Assembly: GCA_000165345.1 (NCBI GenBank)
Contig: CM000432.1
Span: 640,001-704,000 of the forward strand
Direction of reading: 5' to 3'
DNA length: 64,000 nucleotides
The notes under the pieces: model-generated
Told to the model about the DNA's origin: nothing
Database searches by the model: none
The model's input: only the letters and a program-made list of their open reading frames with translations
Translations under genes and position numbers: made by a program
Shown: one piece after another, positions 11,418-19,386 of the stretch
Position numbering within the stretch: position 1 is the first letter of the stretch
How the letters are laid out: each line of letters starts with the position of its first letter

Positions 11418-12190
11418 TTAATATATACCTAGTAATTCTTCCATCTCACTGCAAATTTTTGTGCAGCAAATGTACGAAGGCATACTAACATCAGATAACG
11501 ATATATAATGAGTAAATTTCGAAGTAAATTGGCCACAGCTGTTATTAGTCGCTGAAGCTCCAATAACAAAATTAATGTTATCTGCTCCGTTGCGAATTTT
11601 AGTTGCAATCTCATTTCTACAAAACTCTTGAAGGCTTACCTTTTTTGCCATTCTGGAAAGTCCAACAACTACTTCGCTATTTGAAAGATATTCTTCTATA
11701 GAACTATTTAATAAAGAGATGAGAACTGTATTTTCTTCGTCTGGAAGCTTAAGCTCTCCATTTGGAGAGGATAAGAATTCAGAAAAAACTTTGCTGAATA
11801 CCTTAAAAGATCTTGGAACACGGAATTTCGGGCTTACCCTAATCAATTTACCATCTAAATTTAAAATCAAAATATCTGAAAGACAGCCCGACTTGCATAA
11901 TGGGCTGTCAAGTAGCATTAAAAGCGAGTTATGGATTATATCAGGACGAAATTCGTCGCTATCAATTAATTTCATGTCTCTCTCGAGTACTTTTTCTTCT
12001 GTTAGGAGCTCTTTTTTCCCATTATTTTTATTTACAAACAATGAACTATTTTTCCAGAAATTAAATAATTTTATAGAGTATGTCTAATAACTTACGCATC
12101 AATTAGAATAATATTTATCCTAATACTTGCCAACTTGGAACTCGTTGATAATTGTTTCCTAATTTTATTACGCTTAATAAGCGAATCCAT
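11418..12190 (-). CDS. EMG1/Nep1-like rRNA pseudouridine-N1 methyltransferase, divergent paralogue A (two exons: 12190..12096 and 12045..11418; intron 12095..12046)
   Basis: The minus strand has an ATG at 12190 preceded by an in-frame TAA. Exon 1 encodes 'MDSLIKRNKIRKQLSTSSKLASIRINIILIDA' and ends in a GTAAGT donor. A 50-nt intron follows, ending in ...AAAAATAG. Exon 2 then continues the frame as 'ASLFVNKNNGKK...FRPDIIHNSLLMLLDSPLCKSGCL...RVPRSFKVFS...'. The join recreates the conserved EMG1 N-terminal 'vv-L--A-SLE' motif. The downstream RPDI-H-LL-LLDSPL-K-G-L and VPR-FKRF motifs are EMG1 hallmarks. Confidence 0.6.
12046..12095 (-). other. spliceosomal intron (50 nt, phase 2) of EMG1-like paralogue A
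   Basis: It has a GTAAGT donor and a TAG acceptor on the minus strand. Splicing restores the frame and a conserved Ala-Ala-Ser-Leu junction. Confidence 0.55.
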
Positions 12191-12253
12191 TTAAATTGCG
12201 AAAAAAAAGAAAAATTATTTATCCGTTAAAAGCGCCCTCTACTTTGTTAGAAA

Positions 12254-13041
12254 ATGAATTCAAATATAATTAATGTTCCAAAAGACCTTTCTGAATGGAA
12301 GGATAAAGAGAGGGTGTTTATTTTGCTTGATCGGGCGTAAGTTATTTCAATATAATTTGTAATTAATGATTTAACTTTGTTAGATTTTTGGAACTATATG
12401 AGAAGAAAGATAAATCTCTCGAGTTGTTAAACGGAATTGACCATCCGAAAAAAAAAATAGAGGAATACTGTTCATTGTATTCATCCAAGATATTTTCAAA
12501 GGAAGAAATGATTTTGAATATTAGGCCAGATATATTGCATCAGTGTCTGCTTTCACTACTGGATTCTCCACTGAATAAGAGCGGAAGATTATTGGTATAT
12601 ATTCGCACTATGAGTAATGTATTAATCGAAGTGAACCCACAGCTTTCTGTCCCAAGAAGCTTTAAAGAGTTTTCTTCATTAATGGTCAACTTACTAGTCA
12701 AGCGTAAAATTACTGCAGTTAATGGAAATACTTCTTTGATGAGAATAGTTAAGAATGATATCGACAAAATCCTGCCTGTGGGAGGAAAAAAATACGGGCT
12801 TTCACTTAATGGTACTCAGAAGAACATTAGGGCTCTGATTAATGAATTATATTCAAGTGAAGACTACAAAATACGCAATAGTTCAGTAACATTTGTGGTC
12901 GGTGCGGTCGCTTATGGCGATCCAATACAGAGTTGTGATTTTATAGAAGAAATAATTAGTATTAGTTCATACCCACTATCTGCAGCGCTCTGTTGTTCAA
13001 AAATTTGCAATGAATTCGAATATTTGTGGAAGATTTGCTAG
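12254..13041 (+). CDS. EMG1: EMG1/Nep1 ribosome-biogenesis methyltransferase, paralogue B (two exons: 12254..12336 and 12384..13041; intron 12337..12383)
   Basis: The ATG at 12254 is preceded by an in-frame TAG. Exon 1 encodes 'MNSNIINVPKDLSEWKDKERVFILLDRA' and is followed by GTAAGT. A 47-nt intron ends in TTGTTAG. Exon 2 encodes 'FLELYEKK...IRPDILHQCLLSLLDSPLNKSGRLLVYIRTMSNVLIEVNPQLSVPRSFKEFSSLMVNLL...YPLSAALCCSKIC'. This is a near-consensus EMG1 fold sequence. Confidence 0.7.
12337..12383 (+). other. spliceosomal intron (47 nt, phase 2) of EMG1 paralogue B
   Basis: It has GTAAGT at 12337 and AG at 12382-12383. Its position in the protein alignment is identical to the intron of paralogue A. 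Confidence 0.6.
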
Positions 13042-13245
13042 CCGTAATTGATAACTTAAGGTTGATAAACAACTTCCATAATGAATATTTATTGCAGATT
13101 TATTAATTTGAGTTTTATTTTCAAATAAGTTAGTTGTTAGAATTATTTAACATTTTTTCGATTTAATTAAATGCGGTATGTTGTGGGCAATTGCAATTTT
13201 TTATTTACAAAACTTTAAATGATGATAAATGGTTGACTTAGGAAG

Positions 13246-15303
13246 ATGAACAGAGAATCGCACTTAAACTCGAATAAACATTTATCCAATATAAAAATCT
13301 TGAGCCCTCATTTCAAAAAACTTAAAACTTTTAATAGCCTCCAAAATCAAGAAAAAAAAGTATATCGCATTATTTCCAGATTTATAAGTAATAATGAAGT
13401 TACTTATCCGTTATCTCAACTGACTGAGTTTTTTGAAGATTATAACGCGGAAGAATTATCATGGAAGAAGTGTTTCACGATGCTCTGCCTTTTTCTTGAC
13501 CATCAAATAATTAGAGGTTTTTATCAACATACCGAGCATAAAAAGCGGAATGATGGCTGTTTTCTTGATTTTTTTTGTAAAAAAAGTGAACAGGAACTCC
13601 TAAAAACGGAAAACAATGAAAGAGAGAGCTCTCAATCAAATAAAAAAAGATTGCATAATAACATGGAGGATAAAGAAAACTTATATCCGAAAAAAAAGAT
13701 AAAAAGAAATGAGCAATTTGAGGAATTACCACTCGAAAATAATCATGAATTGTTCAACATATATCTACTAAATAAGCTGGAAAATGTCAAAAACCTATAT
13801 AACCAAACATTCAAAAACATTTCAAAAGAAACGGAAATATCTGATGATGCTATAATCATGGAAAAATCTTTTTATGACTTAATTGGACTTAAATATACAT
13901 ATTATACAACTTCATTTTTTAACAGCTCTTCAATGAATGTTAAAAAAATCATACTAGATAAAAATTTGAGTGATAATATTGAAGTTTTTGATAATATTAA
14001 TTTGTGGTGTGTTCAGAGAATTAACCAAAGGGAGTCTATTTCAAAAATGATTAATTTGAATATGGATAAAAATAATTTGAGATCAATTTTGAACTTATCT
14101 TCAGATGTCTCTGATGCAGAAATAATTAAAAGGTGCGAGATTTTGCTTAAATGGTTATTTCTTCCAAATGAAGATACTTCAGATTCTGGAAATGTTTTTA
14201 AGTCATATAATAGACTTAAAGAAGCAATCATAAATTGGAACTCTGAAAAATGTGTTCAGAATAATGAAAATGCTGATATTGATGTAAGGAACAAACACTT
14301 CTTTACAGCAAAATCAAACTTTCAGAAATTTGTAATTGAATTTGTGTTAGACAGACATAATGAACAGCAAACAAAATGTTACAATCCTTTTTGGACATTA
14401 GGAATAAATCCAAAAAAGTTTAAAATTGAACAGCTATCGTCTATTAAAAAAAAACTATTATTGTTTACCCATCCCGACAAAATTTTAGAAAAGAGGATGA
14501 AAGCAAAGGCCAATGAAGCTTATATTATTATTCGAGAATCGCTAGAACTCATAATTAAATTATGTAAAACAAACCAAAACATAATTGAGTCTTTCCCTAA
14601 GGGCCCAGAATTATCATATGACTTTAATTTATATCTTGAAAAATATGTACATGATCAAATTAAACCTCTGGAAATAGTTGAAATGAATGCATCGCTCATA
14701 GAAGCAAATGGTAAGGAAACGCTCAAGCTTCCTCCAGGGATTAGAGTGTATACAAAGCTAAGTAAAATGACTACAAATGTCAAATTAAAGGTTTATTTGA
14801 CATTACCATTTATGGGATCAAATACAATAATCGAAAAAAACCAACTCACGGAGTATATTTTCAATACATATTTTATAGAAACGAATATTGAATCTGAAAG
14901 AGAAGATATTTTAATTAAGCTATCTGGAGATTGTGTTTATTTCGAAATTTCAGATATACTATTTTCCGGTTTTCCCGGTGTTACAGAATTGTCGTATTAT
15001 ATTGGCGTCCAAGTAGCTTTTCACAGCTCATTTTCAAAAATAATATGGAAAAAAGTCAAGACTAAGCTACCAACTGAATCTGAGATAATTAAGGGATTCT
15101 CAAAGAATGGGATTAAAAGATACTTGGAACTATATTGCAGAACTTGGGGCCATGAAAGAAAATGTGTGCAAAACATATTTTCTGCAGCAAAATTGTGGAA
15201 CGTAATCGATAATACACCACGCAAAGCCGAACTAATCAAGGTGTTAATTGCGTTAATGGAAAATTCGTATAAAACATTGCTAATCCATTCACAAAATTTT
15301 TAG
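13246..15303 (+). CDS. hypothetical 685-aa protein containing a J-domain-like segment
   Basis: It has an ATG start. An internal segment 'YNPFWTLGINPKKFKIEQLSSIKKKLLLFTHPDKILEKRMKAKANEAYIIIRESLELI' aligns to the J-domain pattern (ILG...EIKKAYRKLA-KYHPDK...A...F..I..AYE.L), including the HPD tripeptide. The rest is low-complexity. Confidence 0.5.
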   Translation: MNRESHLNSNKHLSNIKILSPHFKKLKTFNSLQNQEKKVYRIISRFISNNEVTYPLSQLTEFFEDYNAEELSWKKCFTMLCLFLDHQIIRGFYQHTEHKKRNDGCFLDFFCKKSEQELLKTENNERESSQSNKKRLHNNMEDKENLYPKKKIKRNEQFEELPLENNHELFNIYLLNKLENVKNLYNQTFKNISKETEISDDAIIMEKSFYDLIGLKYTYYTTSFFNSSSMNVKKIILDKNLSDNIEVFDNINLWCVQRINQRESISKMINLNMDKNNLRSILNLSSDVSDAEIIKRCEILLKWLFLPNEDTSDSGNVFKSYNRLKEAIINWNSEKCVQNNENADIDVRNKHFFTAKSNFQKFVIEFVLDRHNEQQTKCYNPFWTLGINPKKFKIEQLSSIKKKLLLFTHPDKILEKRMKAKANEAYIIIRESLELIIKLCKTNQNIIESFPKGPELSYDFNLYLEKYVHDQIKPLEIVEMNASLIEANGKETLKLPPGIRVYTKLSKMTTNVKLKVYLTLPFMGSNTIIEKNQLTEYIFNTYFIETNIESEREDILIKLSGDCVYFEISDILFSGFPGVTELSYYIGVQVAFHSSFSKIIWKKVKTKLPTESEIIKGFSKNGIKRYLELYCRTWGHERKCVQNIFSAAKLWNVIDNTPRKAELIKVLIALMENSYKTLLIHSQNF

Positions 15304-15484
15304 GAATCATTTATTTTTACTATTCATTTACGTTATTTGCTTTACGCTTATTATTAGATCCGCAAATTAGTTATTGCTATACAAGTAAAAAAAAAAAAAA
15401 AATCTAACTAAATGAATAAAATATCTCTTAGATTTTTATCAATTATTTATATTTTTTTTTTCGTTTATATTTGAGAAAATTTTT

Positions 15485-16144
15485 GTGCTTAGTACCCACA
15501 TATCGAAAAATCTAAATGATGCAAACTTGAACATTCTGGAAAGAATTATAATTGGGCAAGCTCTTGAACTACCTGTTACATCATCTTGGCAACTACTTCT
15601 TATTTCACTATCAGATAATTGCTATGGCTTATCTGTTACTCAGGATATTAATGAATTTTTTGAAAGTAAAGGCAAAATTGAGAAGAACCTTGAAAAATCA
15701 TTCAAATTCTATTCTCACCCCGCAATTAACATATCATCAAGCGTATTAGTATATCCAAAGCCCGAATTCCTAGAATTTATATTTAAATTTATCGACACTA
15801 TTAACTTTGCGAGTAACTCCAAATATATAAATGTTTCCTCGCTCATAAATGACAAAAGGAACCTGGTTGCATGCAACTACATGGTTAAAAAAATGTTAAA
15901 ATATGGATTTGTCCTACAAAATTTTGATCGTAAAGCCACTCCACAAAACCAGTTTGAAATCAACCGAAATTTAGGGAAGGCTACGCAAAAGAATTTGAAA
16001 TATTCGATTGAACACTTTTGTCAATCTTACTTATTAAAGATGGTCAAACTGTTTGATAAACTTGCAGAGATAAAGAAAAATTCAATCAAGAACTTAAAGT
16101 CTAAGGCACTGTTATATAACAAAATCTGTCAATTACTAGATTAA
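15485..16144 (+). CDS. hypothetical ORF (219 aa), no recognisable domain; no in-frame ATG until residue ~133
   Basis: The ORF is open, but the track start is a GTG. The upstream in-frame region up to the stop at 15413 has no ATG. It is either a downstream exon of a spliced gene or not a real gene. Confidence 0.25.
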   Translation: MLSTHISKNLNDANLNILERIIIGQALELPVTSSWQLLLISLSDNCYGLSVTQDINEFFESKGKIEKNLEKSFKFYSHPAINISSSVLVYPKPEFLEFIFKFIDTINFASNSKYINVSSLINDKRNLVACNYMVKKMLKYGFVLQNFDRKATPQNQFEINRNLGKATQKNLKYSIEHFCQSYLLKMVKLFDKLAEIKKNSIKNLKSKALLYNKICQLLD

Positions 16145-16213
16145 ATAAAATTTAGCACACTAATTCAACTTTCCACTGAACGTTTTTTCATTCTTTTCGG
16201 TTACTTGAATTAA

Positions 16214-16221
16214 TTCCCGCC
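16214..16221. promoter_or_regulatory. E2F-like GC box TTCCCGCC about 190 bp upstream of alpha-tubulin ATG
   Basis: It is an isolated GC-rich octamer in AT-rich intergenic DNA. It matches the E2F core TTTSSCGC/TTCCCGCC. Confidence 0.25.
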
Positions 16222-16406
16222 TTATCCCACGTTTGGTTCGACCCGCAAATTAGAGTGGACAGCCCCCACAAATAAAACGTTAAGCATGCCTGTGAAAGAA
16301 CTGCCATCAAAATCGTCTTTGTTCTCTGAAGCTTGACCTCCTCATTGGTTTCTTCTCAGGATACTCTTAATTATATAATACTCTTTGTTAAAGTTATTCG
16401 TTAAAC

Positions 16407-17771
16407 ATGCGTGAAGTTATTTCGATACATGTAGGGCAGGCAGGAATACAAATTGGTAATGCTTGTTGGGAATTATTTTGCCTTGAACATGGAATAAATC
16501 CAGATGGAACAATGCCCATGTCCGAGCAAAACATGGGTATTTCAGATGATGCATTCAATACGTTCTTCAGCGAGACTGGAGCTGGAAAGCATGTGCCCAG
16601 AGCAGTTTTTGTAGATCTGGAGCCAACTGTTGTTGACGAAATTCGTAGTGGGACATATAGGCAACTGTTTCATCCAGAGCAGCTTATTAATGGTAAGGAA
16701 GATGCGGCTAACAACTTTGCAAGGGGCCATTATACAGTAGGGAAAGAGATATTGGAAGTATGTTTGGATCGAATTCGTAAACTTGCTGACAATTGTACAG
16801 GATTACAAGGTTTTCTTATGTTTAATGCAGTTGGAGGTGGAACAGGAGCTGGCCTCGGGACATTATTACTAGAAAGGCTTTCTGTTGACTATGGCAAAAA
16901 ATCTAAATTGAATTTCTGTACATGGCCATCTCCGCAGCTTAGCACTGCAGTGGTAGAGCCATACAACGCCGTCCTTTCCACTCACTCTCTCCTTGAACAT
17001 GCAGATGTTGCTGTTATGCTAGATAATGAAGCAATATATGATATCTGTAGACGAAATTTGAACATTGAGCAGCCTGCTTATACGAACCTAAATAGATTAA
17101 TTGCGCAAGTAATATCCTCCTTGACTGCATCTTTGCGTTTCGATGGTGCATTGAATGTCGATATCACCGAGTTTCAAACCAATTTGGTTCCTTACCCAAG
17201 GATCCACTTTATGCTTTCATCATATGCTCCAATTATTTCCGCTGAAAAAGCTTTTCACGAACAATTAAGTGTTGCCGAGATTACTAATGCAGTTTTTGAA
17301 CCTCAAAATCAAATGGCTAAGTGTGACCCTAGACACGGTAAATATATGGCATGCTGCTTGATGTACAGAGGTGATGTTGTTCCAAAAGATACAAATGCAG
17401 CAGTTGCAACAATTAAAACTAAAAGAACTATTCAGTTTGTTGATTGGTGCCCAACAGGCTTCAAATGTGGAATTAATTATCAACCGCCGACTGTTGTGCC
17501 TGGCGGGGATCTCGCTAAGGTTATGCGTGCATGTTGTATGATTTCAAACTCAACTGCAATAGCTGAGGTCTTCAATAGGATGGATCATAAATTTGATTTA
17601 ATGTATTCAAAAAGGGCATTCGTGCATTGGTATGTCGGCGAGGGCATGGAAGAAGGTGAATTTAGCGAGGCAAGAGAAGACTTAGCTGCATTAGAGAAAG
17701 ACTATGAAGAGGTTGGAATTGAAATTGCAGATGGAGAAGATGAAGAAGTTCATTACGAGGGCGATTTCTAG
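16407..17771 (+). CDS. alpha-tubulin (intronless, 454 aa)
   Basis: It begins '[30 protein letters not shown]' and has the GGGTGAG nucleotide-binding loop ([11 protein letters not shown]). Full-length conservation is typical of alpha-tubulin. The C-terminus is '...[14 protein letters not shown]'. Confidence 0.97.
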   Translation: MREVISIHVGQAGIQIGNACWELFCLEHGINPDGTMPMSEQNMGISDDAFNTFFSETGAGKHVPRAVFVDLEPTVVDEIRSGTYRQLFHPEQLINGKEDAANNFARGHYTVGKEILEVCLDRIRKLADNCTGLQGFLMFNAVGGGTGAGLGTLLLERLSVDYGKKSKLNFCTWPSPQLSTAVVEPYNAVLSTHSLLEHADVAVMLDNEAIYDICRRNLNIEQPAYTNLNRLIAQVISSLTASLRFDGALNVDITEFQTNLVPYPRIHFMLSSYAPIISAEKAFHEQLSVAEITNAVFEPQNQMAKCDPRHGKYMACCLMYRGDVVPKDTNAAVATIKTKRTIQFVDWCPTGFKCGINYQPPTVVPGGDLAKVMRACCMISNSTAIAEVFNRMDHKFDLMYSKRAFVHWYVGEGMEEGEFSEAREDLAALEKDYEEVGIEIADGEDEEVHYEGDF

Positions 17772-17811
17772 TTATCCTTGTTCATTGAATTCTCTAGATT
17801 TAGGAGGTTTG

Positions 17812-17829
17812 GTTTACCGCCCGGCGGGC
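17812..17829. promoter_or_regulatory. GC-rich element GTTTACCGCCCGGCGGGC (contains 5-1-5 inverted repeat GCCCG-G-CGGGC) 25-40 bp upstream of the MFS transporter ATG
   Basis: An 11-nt perfect inverted repeat lies at 17819..17829. The 10-mer GTTTACCGCC (17812..17821) recurs at 20765..20774. Confidence 0.25.
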
Positions 17830-17853
17830 TCGTGTAGATTAGTATCTTAATCT

Positions 17854-19386
17854 ATGGAATTTTCCCTATTTAGTTATAGTCAAAAGCGGATCCTTGCTGC
17901 AGGTGTGTTGTCTTTATTATCCGGATATGTGCTTGGTGTGACTAACATACCGAGGGCTGTTTTGCTCAATTTTTTGTCCTTTTCTTGGATGAAATGGTCT
18001 ATGCATGTCCGTGGCTATCAAATTACCAATAGTTGTATAAATTTTGAGAGTTTTATCATGGTTCTCATCAATTCCTCACTTTTACTTGGTGCTTCCATAG
18101 GCTCTATTGCTTCTGTGTTTGTGGAAAGATATTTTGGTAAGGTTAAAGGCATTCTCTCTGCATATTTTTTGTTTGGTATTGGTTCTGTATTTTGTTTGAA
18201 CAAGGATTTAGTAATTTTCTTAATTGGAAGGGTTCTATGTGGTGCCGGAGTTGGATTTTCATGTAACTTAGTGCCATCTTATATTTTTGAGCTCACTAAC
18301 AAACAAAATCAAACATTATTTTCGACTTTACACAATGTATTATTTTGCTGTGGAATATTACTTAGCTATCTACTTTCAATCGGGGCTATGTATATAGCTG
18401 TTTATATCGTTAAATTTAGAAGCTCTATTAACAGTATTAATGAAACAGAACAAACGATAACCAACATTATTTACCATGATCCTGTGAGTCCAATGATTCA
18501 GAGCAATTTGGGAATATCCAAAAAAACTGGTATAGAATTTTCCATTACTGACCATTCATACTCTATTTTGTCAATTAGAATCTTGTTCATAGTACCTATA
18601 ATATTTTCCTTGATTCTTTCTTTAATTTGGATTTTAAAGCTAAATGGTGATACCCCATCTCATTATATAAAATTAAATGATATCCGTGCAGCAGAAGAGA
18701 CTACAAGACAAATATATGGAATATTCGACACAACAAGGATTATTAGTCAACTTAGAGAAGAAAATGAAAGAGAAAGTATATCAATTCTTAAACTTTTCAA
18801 GGCTATTTCTAAGTCACCGATGCGGAATGTATTTATTTTCATTCCCATATTAATTTGTACTGAAGTTTTTACTGGATATATCCCATTGGTTATGAACAGC
18901 AAGTTGATAATATCGCACTTTGGTATCATTGACCAAGTATCGTCAAATTATGTAGTATTAACTGGCTGTTTTTTAGTGAACTTTACTTTATCTGGTGTTT
19001 TCTTTGAATTATATATTGGAAGTAAAAGGCTATATATATTGGGATTAATTTTAGTCATATTTTCATATATTCCAATTTGCTCATTATTATTCTTTTCAAA
19101 TAATTTAATTGCAATGAGTCAACCCTTTATAATTTCGTTTATTTGCGTATTTGCATCATTCGGACTCGGTATAGTTCCTACTGCATGGAAGCTCGTATCT
19201 ACTTACATGACAATACAGTTTTATTTTTCAGTTACGCCTTACATGTCTGCGCTATTTTGGATTACCGCAGTGCTCTCAACTATTTTATCCGAACTACTCC
19301 CAATACTTGTATTTACATTTATCAATTCATGCTTTTCCTTCTTCGTCTTAATTTCATTTTTTATAATTAACTATCAGAATCCTTAA
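17854..19386 (+). CDS. major-facilitator-superfamily transporter, sugar-porter-like (510 aa, about 12 TM)
   Basis: It contains 'VERYFGKVKG' (cf. the D-R-x-G-R-[KR] loop) and 'IGRVLCGAGVGFSCNLVPSYIFELTNKQNQ' (cf. GR-x3-G-x-G-x6-P-x-Y-x-E, the sugar transporter signature). It has many hydrophobic helices and an ATG start. Confidence 0.5.
   Translation: MEFSLFSYSQKRILAAGVLSLLSGYVLGVTNIPRAVLLNFLSFSWMKWSMHVRGYQITNSCINFESFIMVLINSSLLLGASIGSIASVFVERYFGKVKGILSAYFLFGIGSVFCLNKDLVIFLIGRVLCGAGVGFSCNLVPSYIFELTNKQNQTLFSTLHNVLFCCGILLSYLLSIGAMYIAVYIVKFRSSINSINETEQTITNIIYHDPVSPMIQSNLGISKKTGIEFSITDHSYSILSIRILFIVPIIFSLILSLIWILKLNGDTPSHYIKLNDIRAAEETTRQIYGIFDTTRIISQLREENERESISILKLFKAISKSPMRNVFIFIPILICTEVFTGYIPLVMNSKLIISHFGIIDQVSSNYVVLTGCFLVNFTLSGVFFELYIGSKRLYILGLILVIFSYIPICSLLFFSNNLIAMSQPFIISFICVFASFGLGIVPTAWKLVSTYMTIQFYFSVTPYMSALFWITAVLSTILSELLPILVFTFINSCFSFFVLISFFIINYQNP

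Noticed and set aside
11179-11488. 65-70 aa ORFs in the convergent intergenic region between the low-complexity gene and EMG1 paralogue A
   Set aside because: They are short, unsupported by motifs, lie in a 3' intergenic region and overlap each other.
15485-15749. Nested ORF 15552..15749 (+), 65 aa, inside the 15485 ORF
   Set aside because: It is an alternative-frame overlap with no distinguishing features.
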